The notes beneath the pieces were generated by a model that was given only the letters and a program-made list of their open reading frames with translations, was not told the DNA's origin and did no database searches. Position numbers and translations under genes: made by a program. DNA of 64,000 nucleotides from Octopus sinensis (Eukaryota): positions 13,516,001 to 13,580,000 of the forward strand of contig NC_043016.1 of the NCBI RefSeq assembly GCF_006345805.1, in the 5' to 3' direction. This document shows positions 39,191-50,771 of this stretch, piece after piece. The stretch's first letter is position 1. Each line of letters starts with the position of its first letter.

Positions 39191-39534
39191 AGAGATTATT
39201 TCGGAATTTAAATAACTTAAGGTAATTCTTTGTTCTTTAAGGAAGCTACACATTTGGTGAATTAGGAATCTTTTCTTGAAGACAGAACTCTTATGGAAAT
39301 CATTTAAAAGATTTCTACATATTCCTGCTGACTTTAATTCGTTTAGAAGCCATTTTCACAGATCTACTCAGCCAGAGTAAAATCTTTAGCTCATTAGCAT
39401 TATCTCCAGTCAAATTTACCTCATACCAAGTTTGATATTATTGACCTTGTCATTCATAGAATGTAAACATTTACTGCTTTACCCATTGAGGCTGTTTCTC
39501 TAAATTAATTTTGATAAACAGCATTTTGTATCTT

Positions 39535-40495
39535 ACTTAATATGAATGTAACGTAGAAAGCCACAAAACTGCAGTATTTGTCTTGTGAAAGCTTTACATA
39601 CAGATGTATACTCTTTTACTCTTTTACTTGTTTCAGTCATTTGACTACGGCCATGCTGGAGCACTGCCTTTAGTCGAGCAAATCAACCCCGGGTCTTATT
39701 CTTTGTAAGCCCAGTACTTATTCTATCGGTCTCTTTTGCTGAACCGCTAAGTAACGGGGACAAACACAGACACACATACATATATATATATATATATACA
39801 TATATACGACAGGCTTCTTTCAGTTTCCGTCTACCAAATCCACTCGCAAGGCTTTGATCGGCCTGAGGCTATAGTAGAAGACACTTGCCCAAGATGCCAT
39901 GCAGTGGGACTGAACCCGGAATCATGTGGTTGGTTAGCAAGCTACTTACCACACAGCCACTACTGCGCCTATAGTTCAGAAGAAGCACAGAAGAGTACCA
40001 GTAGCAAACAAAAAGCATTCAGAAGTGGTGGGGGAATTGCTAAATCTAGATTTCTGCTTCTCTGAGCATCATCAAGTAGCATGGATCCACTTAGTAACTC
40101 ACGTTTAGACAAATTTAGCTTCTATTGATAGAGGAAAACAGTGATTAAACAAAACACTGGTGTTGCAATTAGCTGGCAGGCTGGGTAAAAATTTATTATT
40201 AGTGACAGAAGAAATATTGGTTCAGGATTGTGTTCTGTATATCTTACTTTGCATGGATATACTGTAGAAAACCAGAAAACTGTAGCATCCATCTTGAGAA
40301 AGCATCTCGTGTAGACGTATAGCGCTAAAAAGCACAGAAATATATCAGTAGCAGAAGAACAATGCCCAGTAGTGACAATGGAATTGCTAAATCTAGATTT
40401 TGATGTCTTTGAGCATCTGTACAAGATTCTATCTCAAGACAAATATTGCAGTTTCATGACTTTCTATAGTGTATCTACATGAAGTATAATATATT
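39535..40495. repeat. Local ~200-bp module: two tandem copies (39535-40140, 40240-40410) and an inverted partial copy (40430-40495); another copy at 58700-58935
   Basis: Shared atgct...aaatctagattt/agca...ctata...tcaaga...cagtttt...aagtaagata blocks. Confidence 0.75.
39610..39969 (-). mobile_element. SINE A, full length, inserted into the local repeat module downstream of SIRT2
   Basis: Flanked by TATA on both sides; removing it restores continuity with the module copy at 40240-40410. Confidence 0.85.
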
Positions 40496-40581
40496 GAATG
40501 TTATTTTGAACTAAAACTGCTTCCATTGCTAATTACAAATTTTGATAAAATAATCAGAAATCAACAGTTTTGTAAATTCAA

Positions 40582-40587
40582 TTTATT
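40582..40587 (-). terminator. Candidate poly(A) signal (AATAAA) for SIRT2
   Basis: AATAAA on the minus strand about 230 nt after the stop, followed by U-rich sequence. Position only; no transcript data. Confidence 0.35.
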
Positions 40588-40817
40588 ATTCCTAGATATT
40601 GTATACAAAACGAAAAAGCTAAAAATAAATCATTGGGATAATTCTATGAGTATGATGTAATACGTTTTAAGTGATAAAAATATACCATACAAATATGTAA
40701 TCCAGATCTACTTAAAATAATAGAAAAGACTAGAGCTGTTGTTTATATAGCAAGTCAAGTGTAATCAAATTATTGGAGAATGTTTTTTCCATATTTGGCC
40801 AATTGATGTTACAGCAA

Positions 40818-40901
40818 TTAATCTGTGGCTTCATGTTTGGCTGTGGTTTTGGACTCGTCCAGAATTTTCCATTCTTTTGTAATTATTTCTTTCAATTCTT
40901 T
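40818..40901 (-). CDS. SIRT2: SIRT2 terminal coding exon (phase 0): KELKEIITKEWKILDESKTTAKHEATD*
   Basis: Acceptor ttttttttctgtag|; aligns with the SIRT2 C-terminal helix (KELEDLV-RE type); TAA at 40818-40820. Confidence 0.88.
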   Translation of the reverse strand, partial: KELKEIITKEWKILDESKTTAKHEATD

Positions 40902-41019
40902 CTACAGAAAAAAAAGTAAACAAAAGGCAAATAAATAATTTGTTAAAGTTTTCTTTATAAATTAGTTCAAGTTAATTTTAATATTTAGAACAAAAAAATG
41001 CCTCATAGCCACCCCCACA

Positions 41020-41083
<64 letters not shown>

Positions 41084-43618
41084 TTCTCTCTCCCTCTCTC
41101 TCTAAAGACAGTGCAGACACAATTTTCTATGTTCTTTGAGAATGGAAGAAGCCTTTGGCAGGGTTTCAATTCAGAATAGCTTTCTATTATTCTAAACTGC
41201 TCTGTACAGACGCAAAAGCACATTAGTAGTAATAAAGATTACGTAAAAGAAAAAAAGAACAAATTTATGTATATGAGGAAAAGGAAAAAGGGTGGTGTTC
41301 TTTTTGAAAACAGTTTTCTTTTTTTTTTAATATTGGTCGGATTGAAGAACATTTGAAAATAGTAAAAGTAAATAATAGGACGAGAGGAGGATATATTCCA
41401 ATGGATAGACAGGTGACTGCAATATTAAATTGGTGCCACATAAAAATTAGCTGTGCTGGCAGCACATAAAAATCACTCAAGCTGGTGCCACATAAAAAGC
41501 ACCCAGTACACTCTGTAAAGTGGTTGGTGTTAGGAAGGGCATCCAGCTGTAGATGACTGGGGTCTGGTGCAGTTCTCCTGTTTGGCAGTTGTTATTAAAC
41601 CATCCAATCCATACTAGCATGGAATATAGACATTAAATGACAACAATGATGACAATGCCGCTGCTGACGCTAATGACAACACCATTGGCCGACGCCAACA
41701 ATGATGATGACAAAGTACTGATATTTTCAATCTGGATTTCATTATATTTAGGATATGACTAGGAAGAGATCAAAGTCAATGGTGAAGAATTGTCTATAAT
41801 TGTTGCAAGGATACAAGTTGTTTGCAAGCCTTTATTTCAAAATATATTTTGCTCAAAGTTGGGATCCTAGAAGTATACATTGTTGAAAATATTTAGTAAA
41901 TTTATCTCAGTCGTATCTCATTTATGTTACCAATATCATTAAGTACATTGATCTGGAAGAATTTTTAAAAACCATTGGCTCTTCTTCTTGGATTTTGTTT
42001 CAAAAACAGAAAGAACATTCTGTGATCAGAAATACACTCATTTATTTAAATACTTCAGTAACTGAATTTCATGAGATTTAATTAAAAAAAAAAATAAAAA
42101 CTACTGTAGAAAACATTTAGAGTCTTTTTTTTTTTCTTTTTTTCTCTTTTTACTTGTTTCAGTCATTTGACTGCGGCCATGCTGGTGCACCGCCTTTAAT
42201 CAAGCAATTCGACACCGGGACTTATTCTTTGTAAGCCCAGTACTTATTCTATCGGTCTCTTTTGCCAAACCACTAAGTGACAGGGACATAAACACACCAG
42301 CATCGGTTGTCAAACAATGCTAGGGGGGACAAACACAGACACAAACATACACACACACATACATATATATATATACAACAGGCTTCTTTCAGTTTCCATC
42401 TACCAAATCCACTCACAAGTCTTTGATCGGCCCGAGGCTATAGTAGAAGACACTTGCCCAATGTGCCATACAGTGGGACTGAACCCGAAACCATGTGGTT
42501 GGTTAGCAAGCTACTTACCACACGCCTATTGCCTAATTGTTGAAATATTGGCTTCAAATTTTAGCACAAGGCCAGTAATTTCAGGGGATGGTGGGTAAGT
42601 CAATTAAATTAACCCAAGTATTAAACTGGTATCTATTTTATTGGCCCTGAAAGGAGGAAAGACAAAGTCAACATTGGCAGACTTTTGAACTCAGAATGTA
42701 AAGACAAACAAAGGCCATTTGGCATTTTGCCCAGCTTGCTGCCTTAATTGTGGTAAATATTAGCAGTAAATAATTGAATCTACTTTGAGTTAAATTATCA
42801 TAAATTACCATAAATTATGTGCTGCATAAAATGCTCACCTCAGAGTAGTATTTAGTGTAATCGACAAGACGTACTCCTACAATCCTAATTGGATATATTT
42901 ATGATTGAACAGACTAAGTTACGGAGGAATTCATTTGCAAAGGATGCACAAAAAATTTCAAAACTTTCTATATTCACATACAGTTCCATATAGATAGAAA
43001 GTTCTGCTTAAACGTATGTAGACAACAGACAATAGATATATAAATATAATATTTAGTGCACCTGTCCAGTACACCTGTCTGCTATGCATTGTATGCATTA
43101 ATACTTGCTGTTATTTCTTCCAGAAATATTTTTTCAATACATGTTCTCATTGCTTATACAAGTGTTGAAAATTACATGGCTGTGTGGTAAGAAGCTTGCT
43201 TCCCATCCAAATGGTTTCTGGTTCAGTCCTACTGTGCAACACCTTGAGCAAGAGTCTTCTTCTGTAGCCCTCGACCAACCAAAGTCTGGTGAGTAGATTT
43301 GGTAGATGGAAATTGAAAGAGACCTGCCATGTGTGTGTGTGTGTGTGTATGAATGTATGCATGCATGTGTATGTATAATCTATGAGTGTGTCTTTGTGTT
43401 GCTATAGTATTTGTCCCCACTATAACTTCCAAACTGGTGATGGTTTGTTTATGTCTCCATAACTTAGCAGTTCAGCAAAAGAGACCAATAAGAATAAGTA
43501 CCAGACTTAAAAATATGAACTGGAGGTGATTTGTTTGACTAAACCCTTCAACGCAGTGCTCCAGCATGGCTGCACACCGTTGACTGAAACAAGATGAAAT
43601 ATTAAAAAGAAAACTTAC

Positions 43619-43685
43619 TTGATAATCTAACAATTCAGCCAGCTTTTCGCATCCATCATCACAGGTGCCTTGCCAAAACACATCA
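43619..43685 (-). CDS. SIRT2: SIRT2 exon (phase 2 to 0): (R)DVFWQGTCDDGCEKLAELLDYQ
   Basis: Matches DV---G-CD-GC--LAELL; acceptor cttcaatgcag|, donor |gtaagt. Confidence 0.95.
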
Positions 43686-43766
43686 CTGCATTGAAGCAAA
43701 ACAGTAAGATATCAGGAAAATAGCATAAGATATCTTTTAAAGTTTGAATAGTTTTTGTGACATTAA

Positions 43767-44246
43767 ACCTTTCCTTACCATATTTCTGTTGAGATGCTCT
43801 GTGTTTCTTTCAATTAATTTTAAATATAACAAAGAATTTAGTAAAATAACTTAGTTATCATTAAGCTAGTGTTAGGAACATAAATTGTGACTAAGGTTTT
43901 GGTGGAAGATTCTAATTCAGAACTTTCGAAAACAAGATGTTGAAAATTTGTACTACAGAGCCAGAGGTGATTTCAGCTGGGTTGGTAATGAAAGGGTTAA
44001 GAATTGTTTCTCTATTATATATTTTAACCCTTTCATGACCATATTTCTGTTGAGATGCTCTGTGTTTCAATTAATTTTAAATATAACAAAGAATTTAGTA
44101 AAATAACTTAGTTGTCATTAAGCTAGTGTTAGGAGCACAAATTGTGACTAAGGTTTTGGTGGAAGATTTTAATTCAGAACTTTTACAAACAAGACATTTT
44201 TACTACAGAGCCAGAGGAGGTTTCAGCCTGGTTGGCAATGAAAGGG
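43767..44246. mobile_element. piggyBac-type MITE head-to-tail dimer
   Basis: Two units with CCCTTT/AAAGGG ends joined by ttaagaattgtttctctattatatattttaa. Confidence 0.85.
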
Positions 44247-44725
44247 TTAATAAATAATCCCAAGTGAGAACTATATAACACATATGTATGTATATTACAG
44301 ATGTTTGTTGAAAATATTAGGGTGCAGTTAGCAAGACAAAGATTAACATCAAAATCACTGATGAATCTTCTGTAAAGGTAGGAGCAACCAACAGTCTGTT
44401 TCCAACTCCCTTATACTCATTAATGTTCTTGAGACAATAATGCAGAATTCAGGACTGGTTTTCTTTGGAAAATTTTACATGCAGATAACCCAGTTCCATT
44501 AACAAAATCTGAGCCCTTGGAAAAACATTTTTTCTTCTCTTCTTTTTCCTTCATGAAGGACCCTAATCCAAACTGTTTGACTTTCCTTTTTTTTCCTCTT
44601 TAGAGTAAAATGAATAAGTTATACACCACCACCACCACCACCACCACCCTCTCCCTTGAAAATCTTGAAATCTTTCATTTCAGTTATGTCTTTTCTTTAA
44701 AATTGAAAGAAGATATAAAACTAAC

Positions 44726-44778
44726 CGGAAATTATTTTCGTCTTGGGAATTGGAATATTCATTAAAAATAGATTCATT
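44726..44778 (-). CDS. SIRT2: SIRT2 exon encoding the SIRT2-specific insertion loop (phase 0 to 2): NESIFNEYSNSQDENNF(R)
   Basis: The only candidate I found in this interval with the required phases; it supplies CG for the Arg codon of the conserved R|DV junction; acceptor actattttccag|, donor |gttagt. Confidence 0.85.
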
Positions 44779-45135
44779 CTGGAAAATAGTAAATAAATTA
44801 TGAAAAAAAAATTAGTTTGTAGCAAATAAATTTATAAAAGTGGATAATAATTATTTAATCAGTAAAACAGAAATGAGCAAATGAGAATCATGGACAGTGG
44901 TTGAATGCTTTTGAAGAATTTGGTTTAGATAAAAAAATTTTAATGGTTAGGAAAGGATGAAAGGCACAATAGTCTGTATAGATTCAGATGACACCATGGT
45001 AATATCAAACAAATCTATTTTTGAATTTCTAATCCACAAATCATTATGAAAAGGAGTTAATGTTTTTCAAGCAGTAAGATTGTCGTTAATTTCATCCCAG
45101 CTTCAATCAGTAATTTTAGTAGCAAAAATCAAATT

Positions 45136-45830
45136 TTGTTTCGTAGTCCAATCCCTCCACTTCACACATCTTCCCTAACCGACCCCTCCTTTCCTTCAAA
45201 TGAGCCCACAACCTATGAGACCTCTTGGTCCACAGTTTCTTCCCTAACCCAACCTCCCAACCCAGCTCATTCCACTGCTCGTGCCCATGCTACTGCACTT
45301 TCCCTTACCTCTCCAACACCACCCTCCTCATTGGCCCCCATCATCGACCCTATCACATCACTGAATCCTTCACCTGCACATCTACCAATATCATCTACAG
45401 TATCTCCTGCTCTCTCTGCCCTTCTCTATACATTGGGCAAACAGTATGCCACCAGGCTGACCAGTTTGCGGAACACCTCCAAGACATCCAACTCGGCAAT
45501 GACACCCTGGTCTTGTGCCATTTCCACTCTACCAGTCACTCTTTGCAACACCTGTTTGTGTTCGGATTGTCCTTGCACAGGGGCCATCCAGACTCCCATT
45601 TGTGCCTTGAACAGGGATTAATCTTCTCTCTTTGCTCCTTTGCACCACTTGGGCTCAAATCTCCTCCCCTCTTCATCTACCCTCCTCTCCTCTCTTCCTC
45701 TCACACCTACTTCCTCCTACCAATGAACAGCAACGCGAAACTCAGAGTAACAGGTTTTGTAGAATTTTCTGCTGCTTTAAATAAAGCATATTACTCTACC
45801 ACTGGTATTTGAGTACTCTTTTTTTCCACC
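45136..45830 (+). mobile_element. Penelope-like element 3' remnant: GIY-YIG endonuclease plus degenerate hammerhead
   Basis: CTSTNIIYSISCSLCPSLYIGQT...FAEHLQDI...HFHSTSHS is a PLE GIY-YIG pattern (the conserved Arg is replaced); caatgaacagcaacgcGAAACtcagaGTAacagg lies at about 45720-45755. Confidence 0.8.
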
Positions 45831-45904
45831 TTGTTTCACATTTATGTGTTTACTCCAGTATATATATTTATATATATATATATATATATATATGTATTAT
45901 TATA

Positions 45905-45940
<36 letters not shown>

Positions 45941-46019
45941 TGTATGTATGTATGTATACATAAATGATCACATCCTTTCATTCTCTGAAGGTGACCAGAT
46001 AAGCAATGTTTCACTTTGT

Positions 46020-46375
46020 GGATCCTGGGGTGGCTTCTGAGGCCCATTGTTGACATACAATTGTTACAATGGAGATGCATAATAGCAGACTGAGGACCCA
46101 GTGGGACTCTTGCTTTCCATGCAGCCCTCCTCTCTTTAGTGTCTCTGGTCATATCAGATTCTGGGTGTTGTACTACAGGGTACACAGCACAGTGTACCAC
46201 AGTGAATGATCTTGAGCAAGACGTTGCCAAGTAGACAATTCTAAGTTACACTTTTTTAAGGTTGCTTTGAGAGTCTCTGTATCTCCTCTTTGGTCCACCA
46301 TGAGACTGAGAGCCAACTGCTAGTTCATCAAAGAAGATCTATTTGAGGAGTCTAGTCAGACATGCATACTATATG
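46020..46375 (-). mobile_element. RTE-clade LINE 3' fragment
   Basis: Frameshifted GHIVCMSD...IFFDELAVG...GGPKRRYRD matches the RTE C-terminal region. Confidence 0.65.
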
Positions 46376-46709
46376 TCCATTTCACCATAAATGGCACATA
46401 AAAGCACTTTTTATGTGTTGGGCCTCACAGAGGCAATGGTCGAGTCCATTTGGCATCATGCCATACTTGAGAAGAAAACTCATAAATCTAAGTAAATCTG
46501 CAGTCATGGCAGATACCGGTGTCATGCAAGTGACACCCATGCCGGTGGCATATAAAAGCACCCATTACAATCACGGTTTGGTTGGCATTAGGAAGGGCAT
46601 GCAGCCATAGAAATCATGCCAAAACAGACTGGAGTCTGGTGCAGCCTTCCAGCTTGCCAGACCTGGTCAACCCATCCAACCCATGCCAGCAGGGACAACA
46701 GATGTTAAA

Positions 46710-46730
46710 AGATGATGATGGTGGTGATAA

Positions 46731-46782
<52 letters not shown>

Positions 46783-46905
46783 GGTGCTGGTGGTGCTGGT
46801 GGTGCTGGTGGTGATGATGATTATGATGATGATGGTGGTGGTGGTGGTGGTGCTGGTGCTGGTGGTGGTGGTGGTGGTGATGATGATGATGATTATGATG
46901 ATGAA
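46710..46905. repeat. (GAT)/(GGT)/(GCT) trinucleotide mosaic
   Basis: Directly visible; the source of the poly-G/D/H ORFs. Confidence 0.95.
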
Positions 46906-47153
46906 GCCTTTGATCTATCCTTTGCCTCCATCTCATTCATCTTCCCATCGCTCTTCTTACCAATTCCTTATTCTGCTGCTGTAATTAAATGATAACAGAG
47001 CTACATACATCATCATCTCTTTCTGTGCAGCTCTTTATCTTTCCCTCTCCCCTGAAACCACTTCCTTTTGACATCCATCTCTCGTTCTTAACATTGTTGC
47101 TCCCCACTCATCTTTTCCACTGACCAAAGCTTTCTGTGCTGCCAGTCACCATG

Positions 47154-47242
<89 letters not shown>

Positions 47243-47938
47243 CTCTCTTCTGAACCATTTCCTACTGATACCCATTCTTCATTCTCTACAATCAATCACT
47301 TCACCACCACCACCAACCCCTCTCTCCTCAACTTTGCTTAGCCCTCATTACATTCAGTTATGCACATCTGACAACCTCCGTCCCTATCTCTTGTCCATCG
47401 TTCACTGACCTCCCTGCACTTTTATAGCCTTTACTTTCTACAGGAATCCTTGGATCCAGTGGCTCCTGTCAGATCACCCAACTTATGTTGGCATGAAAAA
47501 TGGACATTAAATGGAGAGGAGGAGGATGACAACGATGATGATGACGACGATGACACATTTTCATATGCTTAGCTCTGTGTCTTTAACTACTTCGACAAAA
47601 GGTTAATGAAACTGAAATCTAAACTGGAGTCCCCAAGTCTGTCGGATAATATTTACAGCATAATTATAAGAATTCTACTTTCAAGGTATTTTATAATTGC
47701 AGAGAAAATGATATCTGTTCCCTGAGCAACAGCCAACCCACTAAAGTACCCTAACCAGGCCTGCATTCTGGGAAGATTCCACAGGTACAAATGAATAACC
47801 TTCTAATGTTGAATTGGGCCAAAAAAGGAAAGTTTGTGACAATTTGAGAACTTTTCAAAAATAATTCTGAAAGAAAAAAATAATAAATTCAAAGTACAAA
47901 GAATACTGGATGAAAGTTAAAATGAAAACATTACTTAC

Positions 47939-47984
47939 ATCTTTCGTCAGATTGATATATAATCGTGGGGTAGAGTTAGGAACC
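47939..47984 (-). CDS. SIRT2: SIRT2 exon (phase 2 to 0): (M)VPNSTPRLYINLTKD
   Basis: TPRL-IN motif; acceptor tctttttcttag|, donor |gtaagt. Confidence 0.93.
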
Positions 47985-48901
47985 CTAAGAAAAAGAAAAA
48001 TAGTTTATTTTTCATTTCCACAAAAATGTTGTCATACGAAAGTTAAGGGTAAAAGGAATTGGAAATAATTTTAAATATACAAAAATTCATCTTTCAATCT
48101 AACTAATTATCATTTAGGTTGTAAAAGATAAGAAAACTTTTGCCTCTGGTAATGTCTATATTCTGCACCTGGAGCAAAACTATGAATTCTTTAAATATTC
48201 CAAAGTAAATGTTTCATTACCTTGATGATTTTACTCTATTTCCAGTACACACATTCAACTGAAGAATAATAGATGATTGCAATGAAAATAGTCATCAACC
48301 CATCCACCTGACCAGTCATAGGTAACCTACAGCCCACAGGTGTTTCTGAATGGCACACCTAACAAAAAGTTACTTGAATTTTCTTTAGTAGTTTGGCCCA
48401 CCTGATGATAAGCCACGTCAAATGTAGACTGCTTCTTGTCTATGCCTGCACTCAACTATTACTTATTCATCTTCAAACATTTTTATGATAAGAAAAAAAA
48501 AACTTTAATAAAATATCAAAAGAAAACAAAACAAAACAAAACATGATGTAGTTTTACAAAGAAGAATGGAAGGATGTCACTTGTCTTCCTTCAACTATTA
48601 CAATATTACAAAATTTACAATTAAACCTTAACATTTATGACATCCTAGAAATATCCTCTCTAGACATAAGGCCTGAAATTTGGGTGGGCAGAAGCTAGTT
48701 GATTACGTCAACCCAGTGTTTAACTGGTACTTATTTTACTACCCACCCCCACTCCACCCCCATTCCCAACTGATGAAAGGCAAAGTTGACTTCATCAGAA
48801 TTTGAACTCAGAACATAAAGCCATAACTGCTGTTAAGTACTAACAATTCCACCAGCTTACCACTTTGGCATCCTAGAAATATCAAAAAAGGCAATACTCA
48901 C

Positions 48902-48978
48902 ATTGAAACAAGAGCAGCAAATGGCATAACTGTAAGGGATGTTCCAAGAATAATCAGTAAATCACAATTCTTGAAGTC
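48902..48978 (-). CDS. SIRT2: SIRT2 exon (phase 0 to 2): DFKNCDLLIILGTSLTVMPFAALVS
   Basis: DLL---GTSL-V-PFA motif; acceptor aattttgtag|, donor |gtgagt. Confidence 0.95.
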
Positions 48979-49035
48979 CTACAAAATTGAAAAAAATGAA
49001 CATATTTATGTAAAGTATACAATTAGGAGGTGTGA

Positions 49036-49330
49036 TTGCTAAGAGATCACACCCAGAACGAGGAGATCAGGGATAGAATTGGAGTGAAGGACATTGTCAT
49101 AGAATACCACCACACAAAGCTAAAATGGGATGGTCATGTCACAAGGTTCACAGACAATCAGTGGACCTGTGCAGTTGTCAAGTGGTACCGTCACAAATGG
49201 AAGGGACCACTCGGAAGACCTCCAATCAAGTGGAAAGATGATCTATGAAAAATGTTTGGAGCAATGTGCAGCACAAGGGGAATTGAGTGAATGGTGTAAC
49301 CAGAGGGGCCAACTCAGCACCAGACAGCCT
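49036..49330 (+). mobile_element. RTE-clade LINE 3' fragment
   Basis: NEEIRDRIGVKDIV...KLKWDGHVTRFTDNQWTCAVVKW...GRPPIKWKDDL. Confidence 0.8.
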
Positions 49331-49547
49331 GGCCAATCCAGGTGATATAATTAATATATAAAAGTACATAATTAATTAGTTAGAAGCATTGTGATGAAAA
49401 AGAAAATGTAATAATTTAGAAAATAAAGAATCCACATCTGACTCAATTAAGTATATCAACCTGTCAAAAGTTACAATTACATGAATTATCCCAAAATGCC
49501 TTTTGATAGGATAACGATTCATTACAGACCAGCTTCTTAGTTACATG

Positions 49548-49657
49548 CACCAGCGTAGCTAGAGTGTGCTCACAAAAAACATATATTGCCTATAGCGGAC
49601 CCAAAAGTGATCCCCGGGGTGGACCACCCCTACTGCACCCACCTAGCTATGCTAGTG
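49548..49657. mobile_element. 110-bp hAT-type MITE
   Basis: 15-bp TIR caccagcgtagctag / ctagctatgctagtg; exact 8-bp TSD gttacatg. Confidence 0.8.
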
Positions 49658-49764
49658 GTTACATGTTTTCCATTTATACATTTTATCCAAACAAAGTAGC
49701 CAGTTGGAACAGCCATATTGACATGGTGATTAACTTTACTTGTCATTTTATCCAAATTCTACAG

Positions 49765-50328
49765 CAGGGGTCAGGGAACTTTTTGAACTAATTACCCCAA
49801 AATATATTTATTTACGCCAACGATAACCCCTTGATTTGAAAGGAAGAAAATGAGAGATTCTTTGAATTCAAAAGTTTTATTGAATCTATTTATATGGAGA
49901 ATACAATAATAAATATAAAAAGTATAAAAGAAATGCAACAAAATAAATTAATATCCTCAATAAGAAACAAAAGGATTTTTCTAGAAACTTTTTCACTTCA
50001 GGTTTTCGAGAAATGATGTTTCATTTCTGTTACAATTACATCAAAATTGGGGTATTTTGATGCCAGAGCAATTTGGATACAGTCTTCCAGGTCCAATGGA
50101 TTACTCTGCTTTGTTTTCATGTTCATTAGGCTGGAAAATTCCTGTTTGCAAAGGTAGATTGTTGTAAAAGGCAACAACTTTTTGATGGCCTTCTCATACC
50201 ACAAGAAAAATTCCTATTGTAACAAAGAACACGTTTTTTTATATAATTTTACTAATTAATCCTCATTACCCCAAAGTATTTCATTTTTACCCCGCTTGGG
50301 GCAATTTACCCTGGTTCACTGACTCCTG
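49765..50328 (-). mobile_element. hAT (Charlie/Buster-type) internal-deletion derivative
   Basis: CAGGGGT...ACTCCTG ends, TSD ttctacag/atctacag; minus ORF KAIKKLLPFTTIYLCKQEFSSLMNMKTK... is the hATC dimerisation C-terminus. Confidence 0.85.
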
Positions 50329-50718
50329 ATCTACAGTAAGTGCCAAATGCAATCTTTTATTGGTTATTATAACCTCAAACATAATGAGATGTCAACATAC
50401 ACACCACACACACAGACAATGGGCTTCTTTCAGTACATGGACAATATGTACATACATAGGCATGAACATTAGCATAATTGAAAAAGAAATGCATATTACC
50501 AAAGTTAAATGCTAAAATCATAAAATGTTTGCAACACACACACACACACAATGTTTCTAATTAGGCACAAAACATTCACAACATTAAATAATGTAACATA
50601 AACTTAACTAAAGAGTGGATACTTTGATGCCACTGGAATTTTGCTAACAAAAAAGAGAAAAAAACAGTAATATGAAATTACAATGAATAGGTACAAAATT
50701 TTATTGACAAATAATTAC

Positions 50719-50771
50719 CTTTTGAACTGCAAAGAATTTCTGTGGCAAATGTTCTCCAAAAAATACAATAT
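50719..50771 (-). CDS. SIRT2: SIRT2 exon (phase 1 to 0): (D)IVFFGEHLPQKFFAVQK
   Basis: DIVFFGE-LP motif; acceptor tctgtcttttag|, donor |gtaatt. Confidence 0.95.

Noticed and set aside
46582-46992. Gly/Asp-rich and His-rich ORFs
   Set aside because: Trinucleotide mosaic at the tail of a SINE C copy.
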